A stretch of DNA of 64,000 bases from a virus (IMGVR_UViG_3300028805_000060:64001-128000); one strand, 5' to 3'. Positions 41,148-55,363 are shown, counted from the first letter of the stretch. Notes: generated by a model not told the origin, from the letters alone. Made by a program: numbers and translations.

Positions 41148-44100
41148 ACTGGCTGTAGTCGAATATCAAATAAATAAGTATGAGTACTATTTGAAAAAGT
41201 GTCAGTATAATAACCTGCTCCTCCACCAATACTCGTTTTATATGCAGCTAAATAACGTCCATTTTTTGATGCTACTTTAAACCATAAATATCTAAAGGTT
41301 GAACCTGATGCCCCATCTGCTAAACTTACCATTGGGGAACTATACGTCCACGTAGGATTAGCTGAAGAACTTGGATTCGCGCTTTGTATTTTTACATCTC
41401 CATATTTAGATTCCAAAATATTTATGGTTCCTTGATGTGATGAACTATATCCTAAATAATTAATATTTATCTGCCCATTATTTGAACTGTTTCCTAAATA
41501 GTTAATAGTCCTTGTCCCTGTCATATAAGAGATACTACCAGTATTACTATAAGTACTTATTGATCCTGTTCCACTTAAAGTTGTAATTGATCCATTGTTT
41601 GCAAGAGAAGTTACAGTTTTTCTAGATGGGATTGTACCTTCTAAAGCTTTAAAATAAATATTTGAGCCTGTTTCTGTATTTCCGCCTATTCTTACTTCAC
41701 CATATGTATTAGTAATTATATTAACGGTTCCTTTATTACTTGCATTATATCCATTATTAGAGATAGTCAATGTTCCAGAAGAACCCGATCTTCCTAATGT
41801 AGTGATGGTCCTTGATCCAGTCATATTAGTAATAGTACCAGTATTTGTATAAGTACCAATGGTTCCACTACCTGAATAAGTACCAATAACTGAGTTAGCA
41901 CTATTAGTAAGAGTGGTAACTGTTGTTTTATAAGAAGAGTTATAAGAATAAATAGATAAAGATGGAACTGTAAGTGATTGTTGAACGGTACTGCCCGTTA
42001 TATTATATCCTAAATTTATACTATTAACTTGAGTAACATTTACGGTACCATTGCTAGAACTGCTTGTAACCCCAACAGTACTATTAGAAACATTAGTTAT
42101 ACTAATCCTTCTATATGTATTATTATTGATTGTTAAATATGATGTAGTATCATAAGCTGTATCATCTTTCATATCAACTGCAAATGGAACATCTTGTGGA
42201 ACAGTTATTTTATTAATATAATATTTACTTCCTGTAAGAGAACCTGAGGTATCACCATAAGTCCCAGTGGCAATCCATCCAGCAGTAGAAACAGAATAAT
42301 TTCTTGATACACCTGAAGCTGAAGGTTCTACATATATTCCATTATTTGTGCTTGTAAACGTAACGTTTGCCTTGTGAGAATCATCAATGGAAATAGTACC
42401 ACTCGTTGTTGATGATGCCGATCCACTATGATTACTTACTGCCTTAATTGTATAATATCGTTTTGATACATTATAACCTTCAGGAAGGTTTAAATATTGA
42501 TCTCAAGTACCAGGAGTAATATTTGCTACAGAACTACCTGACGCTGTTGTGCTTGAAGTACTTGTAGGTAAATTTATTTGATTTAATAAGCCATTTAGAT
42601 CCGTAACTGTTATATATGAAGGATCGTCTAAAGAATCACCATAAGGAATGGAAATTGCACATTCTTGCATATCAACGATTGGAAAATCTGGATAATATTC
42701 ATTATATATTTTAATTATTCCATAGTTACAAGGGACATTTAATTCCCCTCCTGTTTCATCTTCAGCTCCAATATAAACAGTTAAAGTTTTATCAGGTTTA
42801 ACGAACAAATTATCAATATACTTAGGTCCAAAAATAGCACTTCCGTATGTCCCTGTAGAAATTCATCCTGAAGTACTAACTGTATATCCTCCTGAAGAAG
42901 CACTGATTGATATTCCAGAGGTATTAGTGTCAGATAAAGTAGCATGACCAGCATAGAGAGTATTTGATCCTGAAGACCCTGATTGACTTCTCACAGTATA
43001 ATTCTGAACTGTTCCATTATTAATAGAACTAATTCAACCTGCCGTTCCTACGCTTGCTGTAGGTGTAATTTTAAAGTATTGAGAAGTAACTGAAGTAGGA
43101 GAAGTTCCTGCTGAGCTTAAAGTAGCATAAGACGCACTTGGAGTAGCTGCACCTGCTCTAACTGTTGCAGTTGCATAAGCTGCAACATTAGTTGAAGTTG
43201 ATTGTGTCAACTCAATATTTCCTGTAGGACCACCTAATGTTTTGTAATACCTATCGCTGTTATAATAACCAGCTGCTAACTTATATGTTGTTCCTGCAGC
43301 TAATTCTGTAGGAGTTGTTCCTTGAGGAGCTGTTGCTGTTCCTCATGTAGCAGTTGGAATAGTATAATATTGGTCTTTAGAACTTGCATTAGCTGTTGCT
43401 GTTGCTGTTGAGCTAACAGTTTTTTGAGTACTACTTGTAGAAGCATCAGTATAACCTTTTGTTCATGTAATAGTACTTGATTCACCAGCAGTCGAAGAAC
43501 CTGTCGTAGCACTATTTCCACCCGTTGCTTTAATATAATAACCTGAAGAAGGTTGAGATGAAGCAGCTGTTAATGAAATATTACCTGTAGCTGAAGCAAC
43601 AGCTGTTGGTGTTACTGAAGGTGAAACCGATAATGAACTATCACTGACTGAAACTGAACTTGAATCAATTGGGTAATAAGCAGTAGTAGAATTAGCCGCT
43701 GCAGTAGCCGTAGCTGTCGAAGTAATTGTTTCTGTTCCTTCTGTAATATAGCCAGTAGTTTTTGTTACTGTAGCACTTTCTCCACTAGTCGCACTACCTG
43801 TAGTAGCTGAGTTCCCACCGACAACGCTGATATATCTACCAGAAGTTGGTTGAGTGGTTGTTTTAGTTCCTAAAGTAATGCTTGATCCAGTTGCACTTAC
43901 TGTTGCTGTTGGTGTTACTGAAGGTGATACTGATAAAGATTTATCGTCTATTGCTACACTTCCAGCTGCAATTTTACCTACTTGTGTGGCTGTTCCAGCT
44001 TGAACCGCTCCAGAATTTGTAAATCAACCAGCTGTTCCTGCAGTAATAGTTCCTTTAACTTTTGCACTGACTGGATAATAGCCAGAAGCAACAGTACCGA

Positions 44101-47100
44101 CTGTAACCTCATCTGTCACATCGCTTCCAGTCATTGTAAATGTACTTGCACTTCTTACTGTATAATTTTGAACGGTTCCATCGTTAATAGAATTAATTCA
44201 GCCTGCAGTTGTTACACTTGCTGTAGGCGTAATTTTAAAGTATTGAGAAGCAACAGATGTAGGTGTTGTACCAGCTGAACTTAATGTTGCGTAAGTCGCA
44301 CTTGGAGTAGCTTCCCCATCTTTTATTTTATAATTTATAGCACTACCATCACTAATTGATGAAATCCAACCAGCAGTTCCGACCGATGCTTTAGGTGTAA
44401 CTGAAAAGTACTGATTGTTCATAGCAGTTGTAGAACTTAATGCTGAGCTGCTTCCTGTTACTGTAGCACTAGGAGTAGCAGATCCAGAACCAACTGTAAC
44501 TTTAGAAAGAACTTTACCAGATGTTGGTGTTATATCACCAGCAGCAGAAGCAGCTTTTGTTTCTAAGGTTATAGAAACTTTTCCAGAACCGTTATGATAA
44601 CCAGCTGGAACTGTATATGAAGTAGTTGAAGTATCTAATGTTGCACTTACTGCTCCATTATTTGTCATTGTACCTGTTTGTTTTGTATATGAATTTGAAT
44701 AGAATGTTTTTCCTGTTAAAACATCTCCTACTGCTGCATCTCCTGCTAAACTAGTTTGAGCAGCCGCTTGATAATATTGATCTGCTGAATAGTATCCTTT
44801 ACCTATTTTAATTTGACTACCAGCATTTATTGTTCCAGAAGAAGTTCCACCAGAAGTGTTATTTGTAATAGTTCCCGCAGCAATCTTACCTACTTTGGTA
44901 GCAGTACCTGCTTGAACTGCACCTGAAGAAGAAAACCACCCTGATGTACCAGCTGCAATAGTACCCTTAACTTTGGCACTAATTGGATAATATCCACTTG
45001 AAAGCGTTCCAACTGTTACAACATCTGTGACATCACTACCTGTCATTGTAAAAGTAGAAGCGCTTCTTACTGTAGCTGTTGCATAAGCAGAAACATCAGT
45101 TGAAGTAGCTTTTGTTAATTCAATATTTCCTGATGGTCCTGCTGGTACTTTATAATATCTATCTCCATTATAATAACCAGAAGTTAATTTATAAACTCCT
45201 CCTAAAGTTAAAGTAGTATAACTAGATGGAGTATCAGTAGTAGTTCCAAATTGAGACATATTCAATGAGCTTGAACCAGAAACAGTAATTGTTCCAGCAG
45301 TACCTGTACTTACATAACCTGCACTAACTGTTGGTGTAACGTCTTGAGTTTTACTTACTGTAATATCAAATTTTAAAGTTTCAGGATTAAATACTGGTGT
45401 ACTTGGATTAGCTGTAATTGTTGTTGCTGGAGTTGTAGCAGATCCTGTACCAACAGCAGCTTGTGCTTGTGCATCAGTGATAGTTAGTGAAACAGTCCTA
45501 TTTGTTGCACTTCCAGCTGTTCCTGAAGAAATATAACCAGCACTTACAGTAGGAGCTGGAGCTGAAACACTACCAGTTACTGTAAATTTTTTCTTATTTG
45601 TAGAATCTTGTGTATGTGAAACATAAGTTATAGTACCAGCATTACCCGTAGCAGTTCCCGTTGCTACTGCATTAATTTTATAATATTTACCAGAAGTATT
45701 ATAACCTACAGGAAGGTTAAGATACTGATCTGCTGTACTTGGTGTAACGCTAGCTATAGAAGAATAATATTGTGCTGCTGAACTAGCAGTTGTAGTTGGG
45801 AATGTAAGAGTTGTCGCTGTGCTCTTATAATATTTATCTTGATTATAATACCCTGCTCCAATTTTTACATAGTATCCATAATTAACATCTGTACTAGTTG
45901 CTCCCTCTGGAAGAGAGCCAACAACAGAAGATGTTCCGCTTGCAACTGTACCAACAGTAGTATTTGCAGGTACATAACCAGCTTTACTTGCTTTAGTTTT
46001 AACAGAAGCTCCACTTACTTCAAATTCAGCTGCTGCTATTGGGAAGTATTTAGTTGCACTTGTTGCGCTATAACTTACACTTCTTGTTGCAAAACTATCA
46101 TTTGTAGGAGTATATCCTGCCGTTGTTATTTTTGCTGTTTGCGTTTGAGCTGTTGCAGAAGATGATCCTGTAAATGCTAAATAATAACCACTTGTTGGTT
46201 CTGATGTTGCTTTTGTTCCAACAATACCAGAAATATTAACACCAGCATTTGAGCCATCTATAGGATAGATACTTACATCATTTGTTCCTGTTAAATTACT
46301 TCCTGTAACCGATCCTGTTGCAGCTTTTAAATAAATAGTACTAGAATCAGACGCACTTGTCCCTGTAGCACTCTTTGTTACTTCAGTAGAAGTAGCTGAT
46401 TTATTGCCAGAGCTTGCACCACTTGCAGAAGCACCAGCAGTAATACCTTTACTAACAGAAGCAGAACCACCAGTTGCACTAGCACTAGCTGTAGAATAAC
46501 CAGATGCCGCAGAAGCAGAACCACCAGTTGCACTAGCACTAGATGTAAAATAATAACTTGTAGCAGTATCACTTACACCAGCAGTCATTCCTGTTTGAGA
46601 AGCACTTGCTGTTGCAGTTCCGCCAGTTGCTGTCGCATTTGGTTGTTTTGCAATACTTGCAGAAGCACTAGCAGTTCCACCTGTAGCAGTTGCACTAGCC
46701 ACTGGAATATAAACATTAGTACCTTCCTTAACTGTAGTTGTTGAAGAACTTTCACTAGAATAGTTTGAAGTTTCAGTTGCTTGACCTATTGTTGTAGAAT
46801 CAGCACCTAAAGAAACAGTTTCAGAAGCAGAATCAATTATCTTAGTAGAGTCTCTTGATGGTAACCATCCAGCAGTTCTTGTATCATTAACTTGTGCTCT
46901 AGTCACTGTTTGTGAGAAAGCAGCCCTTGTAACTGCTGCTCTTGTAACTGAACCTCTACCTTTTGCCTTTGCTTCTTTATCAACTGTAGCCTCTGGATTA
47001 AATGTAGCATAATTACCAGATGTAGGCTTAGTTGTAGTTACACCATAAGTAGAATCAGTTGCTCCAGATACAGTATAATTTCTTGTAACTGAAGGAGTAA

Positions 47101-47950
47101 TTTCAGGGTTTTGTGTAATAGAAACCTCACCAGAACCTTTTGATAATCCTCCTCCTGATAATCCTCCACCAGAGGCAGTTCCTTTAGATAATCCTCCACC
47201 ACTAACTGATACACTAGCACTTGCTAATGGAATATAATAAACACTAGAAGAATTATTACCAACTGAAACTGTTGTACCAGTAATTGAAGAATGAGAACTA
47301 TCTCCATATCCAGCACTAGACACATTAGCCGATATTGTTAATGTACTACTATTACTTGGAACATAAACTGCAGCATAGTAATAGTTTATATCAGAAGTAT
47401 TAGTAGTAGGAGTTATCGCTATTTGAGATTTACTTGATACTGGTGAAGGAAGAGTTCCTATAGTAGGAGTTACTTTTGCAGTACCACTTTGAGTGGCAGT
47501 AATCCCTATAAGAGGAAGAGTTGTAGTACCAGTAGCAGTAGATGTGTTTCTAGTTCCAGCACTAGATGAAATATATCCAGCAGTACCTACTGTTGGAGCA
47601 CTAACAGTACCTGATAAGGTAACATCGAAGTTCGAATTAGTAGAATTATATGAGATATTTTTACTGACTGAACTATATGAAGTTCCAGATGTGACTGTTG
47701 CTTTTGGTCCTTCAGAATTTGCTTTCACTGTAACTGTACCTAATGCCATATACCCAGTATCTTTAGTAATAGCTTGTTCAGTAGCACTAGGAGTTACAGT
47801 TTTGTTTTGATAATTAACGATCCTTGATGAAAAATTTTGAGGATCAATTTTATTAGCATCTGTAAGAGGAGTAGTTGCGGTTCCATCTGTTGCACGAATG
47901 GTGTTCGCGATGTCTGTAAGAAAATCTGTTAAATTGTTATTCTTAGCCAT
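41132..47950 (-). CDS. giant Ser/Thr/Gly/Ala-rich fibre/adhesin with internal repeats (code 4, ~2272 aa)
   Basis: ORFs 44198..47950, 42503..42808 and 41132..42172 share one frame joined only by TGA codons; NLTDFLTDIANTIR N-terminus; GYHNGSGKV and GYY repeat motifs. Confidence 0.75.
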
Positions 47951-47961
47951 ATCTTATCCTC

Positions 47962-48966
47962 CTATACAGGTGTATTTAATGCAGCTGTTATTGCTGCTTG
48001 AATTTGTTGTTGAACTCATTCTTGAGTCGCTAATGTTCCGTTAGCTTGCGGTAAAAGTAAATTTATGTCGCCATAACCTGAAGCTTCTGAATTTCCTGCG
48101 ATTTGGATTCCCAAACCACCTTCTCCTTCAATAATGACTCCATAATTAAAAGTATTATATCCAGTGAGAGTTTGATCCCCATTTAAAGTAACAAAATTGT
48201 CTGTCGATGGGATATCAGCAGTGGTAGCTATTGTCCTATTACCTGTCCAAGACGACATTGTAGGTAATGCTAATCCATAAGAAGCATTATCTTTTCTAAT
48301 TGTTCCTGATAAGTATAGATTCTTCCATCTTGCTTTACTTGTTGATGACGTATATGAACCTAAATCATAAGTATTATCATAATCTGTACTAAAAGGTATG
48401 ATAGTTGATTTAAATGCTGCTATACCATTAGGGATATCAAATATTAAATTATTATTAGAATTTAATTTTAATACATTAATAATACTATTATTTGCACTTC
48501 TCCATTGAAGAAATTGATTATTATTCAAACAAACATTTCCGCTTGTGTCAATTTTTAATAAACTAGGAGAAGAACTCCCACTATTAGTTGAATAGCAAAA
48601 ATCAAAATTATTATCTCCACTCATACCAAGACGCCATAATTTAGCATCTTGATTATTGTTTTTATAATCTATAAATGCCCCTGCAGAAGTTGTAGTTCTT
48701 TTTATTGTTAAAATTGGAGCACTAGAACTACTTAAAGTTCCACCTGATAATGGAAGATAATTACTTAAATTAATGCTATCTAATTTACTTTTATCACTAG
48801 CAGCCATCAAACCATTTTCTGTTGATGAAGCTAGAACGTCAGGAGTAATATAAACTGTATTTGCATCATAGGTTAAAGTATCAGAACCTATTGTGACAGT
48901 TCCTGTCGTTGCTAATGTATTATAATCAGGGTTTGATAAAAATATCACGTCTTTTAAATTAGCCAT
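47962..48966 (-). CDS. tail fibre-like protein (code 4, 334 aa)
   Basis: GLMAASDKSKLD, YLPLSGGTL and YDLGS...RWKNLYLSG motifs; extended through TGA to TAG 47962. Confidence 0.7.
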
Positions 48967-48983
48967 AGTTTATTTCCTCCTTT

Positions 48984-50669
48984 CTATATTATATAATTTT
49001 TATCAGGACCTTTAATAAAAGTTCCTGTTCCACTGTTTGTATAAAATTGTTTGTTGACGGTATCATACATTCCTATTACAGAATCACTTTTTCTATAACA
49101 AGGGATAAGATACTGAATTAAATTTCCACTTTTACTATGTTTATAATAGTAGAAACGTTTAGAACCATCTGTTCCACCATCATTTGTAGCAAAAATATAC
49201 ATATTATAAGTATTAACATTTGATGGAACTTCAAAACTTGAACTATAAACAGTATTGTCAAATTTATATATTTTATTTGGACTATCTAAAAGAACTTCGT
49301 GTGCATTTGTGTCTATGTTTGGATTTGAAATAGCACTCCTAGCCCATTCCATATAAAATTTTCCACCATTAGAAGTTGAAGACCTCATATTTAATAAAGC
49401 ATTAACATTTTTTCTACTACCAAAAACTCTATTATAATTAGTAGAGATAGAAGTATATTGAAACTTAAAGTTTATACAACTTGTTTCATCTGCTGCATAT
49501 CCAGTATCTATATACTGCGTCCCACTACTTTGTATATATTCTACACCTTGATATTCCATAGGTAATAGATTTATTTTAGGGGAACTACATTGAACATAGT
49601 TTGCTGCTCTTGTATCTGGTGTATAAGGTGTTGGATGGTCTTTCTGCTCAAACTGAATATCTGTTATATAAAATTCAATAGCAACAGGTCCACTATTTGC
49701 TGCTATCATATATATTAGATAATTAGAACTTGTATTTTTTGCAGTTCCAGTACAATAACAATATTGTCAAGTATCTTTTTTACTTAAATCATAAACTTTT
49801 TTACGAGTTATTGCATTCATACCCTCAAAAGCAAATGGTAAACCATATCAACCATTAGTATTTGGTTGTCCACTTGGTATATATAAGAGACATGAACGTG
49901 TCATTACTGTATTTTCTGGATAACCACCTAAAGATAAATAAGAGCCAATTCAACCTGTTTTATTACTTTCTACCTTTATATGCCAACATCATTTTCCTTT
50001 AAAATATACTTTTTCTTTCAATGTAGCATATGGAAAATTTGGGGCTGTTGTTTTATAAGGGTCTAAATTAGTAGTTCCTTCTTCAATTAAAATAGGACAA
50101 TTATAGCTATCTTTATAAGGACCTTTAACAAACTCACCAGTTCCACTATTAGTATAAAAAACATTATTTACTGTATCATATAAACCTGGTTTATTATCTG
50201 AAATTCTTTCACATGGAATGAAATTACGCACAAGCGTTCCACTATTTGATATTGAAGCACTATAAACACGAGCATAACTTCTATATGAGTCATAGCCTAA
50301 AATACCAATTTTTGTAGAGGTGTCTCGTTGACTTGACCTGGTAGCAACATGAACATCATTTATATATAATTTTTGAGTTGCACAATCTACCTTTCCAATA
50401 TACATAGTGTTTATATTGACAGAACCACCTGAACCAGCACCAGTTTGCCACGACCCATTACGTTCATAAGCAATTTGTATTTTACCGTCTTGTCCCATAA
50501 TTCCTGAATAATTAGATTGAGGATATTGAAGATTCAGGACAATGAATTTACAAACATAAACATTATTTGCATTATAAGATACTCCACTATCAATATACTG
50601 TGTCCCAGTACTCTCTATATACTCTAACTCTCTATATCCAATAGGAACCCTAGATGTTCTCACCCTCAT
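48984..50669 (-). CDS. receptor-binding/lectin-like protein with duplicated domain (code 4, 561 aa)
   Basis: two copies of YxxxEYIxSxGTQYIDxG...IPCxRxSD...GxYDTVN..FYTNSGTGxFxKGP joined by a TGA-containing segment. Confidence 0.7.
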
Positions 50670-50670
50670 A

Positions 50671-50997
50671 CTAGATATACCTCTTTATTTGAGGAATGAG
50701 ACCATCTACATAGGATTTATTTGTTATATGATTATTCTCTGTAGGTGTTGCAATACTAGCTTGACCTGTGGAATTTCTCATTATTAAAGTGTTTGCGTCT
50801 TTAGCGGTTGCATAATTTAACATAGTTTGAGTTCCAGTTGTTGCTTTTCCATACAATTGTCCATATGTTGTTGTAGTTGTTACTTTGTCTAATTTTCCGT
50901 CTAATTGAGAACTCGTTGCAAATCGATTATCAAGCTTATCAAGAAAATAATCCAGGCCATTGTAGTCTAAATATTTTTTTATTGAATTGTCTGGCAT
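50671..50997 (-). CDS. small fibre-associated protein
   Basis: KKYLDYNGLDYF N-terminus; ANTLIMRN...PTENNHITNKSYVD fibre motif. Confidence 0.6.
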   Translation of the reverse strand: MPDNSIKKYLDYNGLDYFLDKLDNRFATSSQLDGKLDKVTTTTTYGQLYGKATTGTQTMLNYATAKDANTLIMRNSTGQASIATPTENNHITNKSYVDGLIPQIKRYI

Positions 50998-51043
50998 ATT
51001 TTTTCCTCCTTGTATATCAAATAAAAGTTATGTTTTATTTAAA

Positions 51044-53359
51044 TTATGCATTGCCGAATAATGTATCAATTTCATTATTTGTTATTGCAGTCATTGTAGG
51101 GATATCTTCTAATGTTGCTATTGTACCACTCTTAAGAGGTAACGTTAATGTATAATGGTTCAAATCATAACTAGGACCAACTATATCAACATAATAACTA
51201 GAGCCTTTTCCACTAGCAAATCTTATACCACCTGAAAAGACTGGTCTAGATAAAAATTCCTTAACCCCCATAAACTCTTGAGAACCAATAGTAACTACAC
51301 CACTATGAGTAATATCGGCATCTGGAACATATAAATCATATTCTGTGTTAACTGTTGAACCACTATAACCAGTTCCTATTTTTAATCCAGTAGTTGCTAC
51401 AGTTTTTGCATAATAGTTTGTATCAGTAGCATTAAAAGTAATCATTGGAGCACCTGTTCCAGTAGCAGTTCCTGTTATAGATACATTACTTCCAGCAACA
51501 AAATTAATTTCAGCATTATCTCCAAAGGTAGTATTTCCTACTTTTACTTTTTGGTTTGTATCTGCAAATGATGGAATGTCACTTAATGTTGCTATTGTGC
51601 CCGTTTTATTAGGTAATGTTAATGTATATGCATCATCAAACGGACTACCAACCACATCAATATATCTACCAGAACCAGCAGTACTAGAAAATCTTATGCC
51701 AGATGTAAATACTGGTTTAGATGTATATTCTTTAACACCAGAAATTGTTTGGTCAGTGTCAAGAGTTACAAAAGCACTTTCAATATCTTCATATGTAGGA
51801 ACATCTGATGTCATTGCAAATGTACCATTTTTATTAGGGAAAGTATAAGTGTATTCAGTTCTAGGTGAATTTCTTATAATATTAGCTATTCTATATGATA
51901 TTTCAGTATCCCCATCCGTTATATAGAGTTGACCTTGGTCAGCAGCTAACTCTATATTGTTAGTTGGGTCTTCTGTGTCATATACGCTTACATAGTGAGC
52001 AATAAGGTCATTAGCGACAAATGACCCATTAAAACTTAATTTGTCTTGTCCATTTTGAGGAATTTCATCACCTAAGTAGAATTTACCTCCATTAGCAGGG
52101 TTAGCAAGCCAATCACTTGTAGCTACCTCTGCAGAATATGGAGCAACTGAAATATTTTTACTTGATACACTTAAATCAAACATACCATCAGTAACACCTG
52201 CGACAGTAATATCATTTGTCATTGCAAATGTTCCGCTTTTAACTGGGAATACATAATCATATGGTGTATTTCCTACAAAACCTCTAAGTCCGTCACCAAA
52301 TATTTGAATTTTAGATGTACTTCCCATTTCAGCAGTTCCAGTTACAATAGGAGCAAAAGTAAATGTTTTTTCACCTGAAAATGTTTGGGCACTGGTAGTA
52401 ATTACACCACTGTGAGTAGCATCAGCATTTGGAACATATAAATCATAAGTAGAACTAGCTGTGCCTGAACTATAACCTGTAGCAATTTTTAACTTATTTG
52501 CAGCAGTTATACTAGAAAAATCACTTGTGGCATAATAGTTAGTATCAGTGGCTGTAATTGTAACATCATGGCTATTAGCCGTAGAAAGACTAACATTAGT
52601 TCCTGCTACTAAATTTAGATATCCAGTACTTATTCCTGTACCTAAGAAATCATTTCCATTTACCTTTATTTGTCTTACAGTATCTGTATCAGTATCACCT
52701 GCTGGAATTAATACCCATCCGTAAGTTGAGCTAGTTAATTTAGCACAAACAAAAACATCTCCAACTTTTGCTGCTTGACTAGCATAAGTTCCTGCAGTAA
52801 TAACTTTATATGTATAACCTTCGTTAGATGCACTTGCGGTTGGTAAATCTGTAATAGTTCCACCAGTTCCCAAAGTTCCTTTGAAAACCATAGGTTCTGG
52901 AAGATTAGCAATAGCATCATATACTGCTTTTGCTGTTGGCACTGTCGCATCAGTAGCCGCTGAACCAATTGATGTAGAAACACCTTTATAGGCAGCACCC
53001 ATTAAACCATGAATAGGAACAGATTGAGTAGTAGCTCCAGGAGTAGAAGGGGTAACAGAGAATGCACCATTAGTAGTCCCTTCAGTAAATGTATAAGTTG
53101 TGTCTGTAGCTTCAATTGTTTGCCACTCTAAACCAGAGGCAGTACTTACTAAAGCTTGACCAGCAGTTCCTTTTGCTAATCTAGTAACTGATGCATTACC
53201 ATTTCCAACAATCAAGTCTCCTGCTGTCGTTACAACGGATTTAGGGACTGCAGTGGCTACAGCATCGTCAATTTCCTCTGATATACTATCTCGTAGTGAT
53301 TCATGGTAATACTGCAGACCTTCTCAGTCTAAATATTTTTTTTCATCATTATTTGGCAT
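51044..53359 (-). CDS. tail/head fibre protein with repeats (code 4, 771 aa)
   Basis: ATG 53359 (MPNNDEKKYLD-TGA-EGLQYY); repeated YTLTLPxKxGTIATLxDIP and DTNYYA...YDLYVP blocks. Confidence 0.7.
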
Positions 53360-53380
53360 AAAATTTTCTCCTTTCTTTTT

Positions 53381-54982
53381 TTATTCAAATAGTAAATCTA
53401 TTTCATTATTATTAATTTTTGATTTTTTATCAACTTTTGCAGACAATAAATCGTCCGTTTCTTGCTTATTATAATAATTTATTAAGTTATCAACATCTAT
53501 AGTTATATAACCTACATCATTCTGTAGCTCACTTAGTTTTTTAGGCATATAAATGTTAAAAGAGTTAGAATAAATAACATCTCCATTGTTAAAATAAGAG
53601 ACATTTCTGCTTCATAAATACTCGTCTTCTAATAAATTAGGTTTTTCATTCGTTCACGCAATTTTAAGGTCTAGTAAAAGTTCTTTTTGATCTTCACCCA
53701 TTGCTATAAATTGATCTTTTCCATAACATAAACCATAGAGACCTTTTTGATCATCGTCTCTATAGCTCAATGAGTAAATTCTTCCATTAAAAGATTCTCA
53801 AATTTCTCCTCGAGAAGTTTGGACATTCAACCATGTAATATACCATCTTCCTTCTCCTCATACAATATCCTCTATCAAAAGATTCGTATTATCAGGAGTT
53901 GTAGGAACATTCCAATTATATCCATTTGTTGAATATCTGAGTTCATTTTCTCCTCCTAGGACAAAAAGATTTCCTCCAAAATATACATATTTAATTGCTT
54001 TTGTAAAAGACGGATTTGACTCTTCAACTCATTTTTTCCCATTAAGAGAATAAAGAATTAATCCACCATCGCCAACAGCAATATATTTTCCTTTACCAAA
54101 ACATACAGCATTAATCTTAGATAAAGTTCCTGTATTAATTTCAGTCCATTCTTCTCCATCTAGACTAACAGCCATATAGCCATTATCTCCTACGATGAAA
54201 AATTGATTATTAATATATTGAATATTTCTTGGAGTCATTGAAAATTTTTTATAGACAGTCCATTCTATTAAATCATATGATTTATAGATTGTTCTTGTTG
54301 TAAAACATAAAGCCAAGAAGAATCCATTCCCAAAACAAATTTTATTAATTGTTGTGTTTGTAAAAGGATTTTCAATCTCTGTTCAATTTTTTCCATCAGA
54401 ACTGTAAATAACAGCCCCTTGCATCCCTACTAACACATAGAGATCTCTTCCAAAACATCCACTAAGGAAACGCTTTGAAGATGGAAAAGCACAATTTTCT
54501 CAAATATATTCTTCTGAAATATTTATAGGAGATTTAGATTTTGTATATTGAACTTCAATTTGGGTAGTATTAATATCTTGTTTAATATATCCTGCATTTT
54601 CAATAGATTGAATTTCTTCTTGAATTTCATCCAATTCTTCAGAAACATTGTCTAAAGTAAAACTTAATTCAGAGACAGACGTTTCTCCATCCCCAATTTT
54701 TATACCATAGATAGGTTTACCTTCAGAAGTTGTTTGATAATCTGTATAAATAATAATATAATTCTTAATTGGGACATAACTCGCATGAGTATTCCAATAC
54801 TCTGTAGTCCCATATTTTATCCCAGCAAATCCAGTGTGTCCACTGCTTTCGTAGTCGAGTTCAGTTAGCTTACTGTGCTCTGTAGTGCTCATAGAAGTAA
54901 TTTCAGCTGCTGTTTCGATTTCAATTTCGGCTGAGAACTCATCGTCCGTAGTAGGGACATTAACATAATTTTCTATCGACAT
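53381..54982 (-). CDS. tail-associated beta-propeller (Asp-box/BNR repeat) protein (code 4, 533 aa)
   Basis: repeated SxDGxxW boxes, several with TGA as the W; N-terminal IKIGDG fibre motif. Confidence 0.7.
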
Positions 54983-55344
54983 CTCTCTACCTCCACTGGA
55001 AACCTTGCACCAATAGTAATAATCTTTTGATCTCCTTCTGAGCTTCTCATGAATTTCAAAGCATATGTATATTCGCCAGGTTTAAATAATTTTGAAATTT
55101 GTTTCGTAAATTTTAGAAATATTGTTTTCGAAGTTCCAATATTCTTATTAATAAAAGCATAAACCAACTTTTTGCTAAGTTTATTATAAAACTCAACAAC
55201 AAGCTGATCATCTTCTTTATAGTCATATGGAACACCGTCTTTAAGAAGATTTACTTTTCATTTGATATAGAAAGTATCACCTTCATTCCATTTCAATATT
55301 CCATTAATTATACGAGGGTTTACTGTAATAATTGTGTTATTCAT
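54973..55344 (-). CDS. structural hypothetical protein (code 4, 123 aa)
   Basis: ATG 55344 with GGAGG RBS, one TGA; WNEGDTF...PGEYTYALK Ig-like pattern. Confidence 0.55.
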
Positions 55345-55363
55345 AACTCCCTCCTATAATTTA

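Noticed and set aside
43300-52998. Alternative-frame minus-strand ORFs (43300..43521, 46378..46572, 47038..47220, 52735..52998)
   Set aside because: Leu/Gln/Val-rich off-frame readings of Thr/Ser/Ala codons inside the fibre genes
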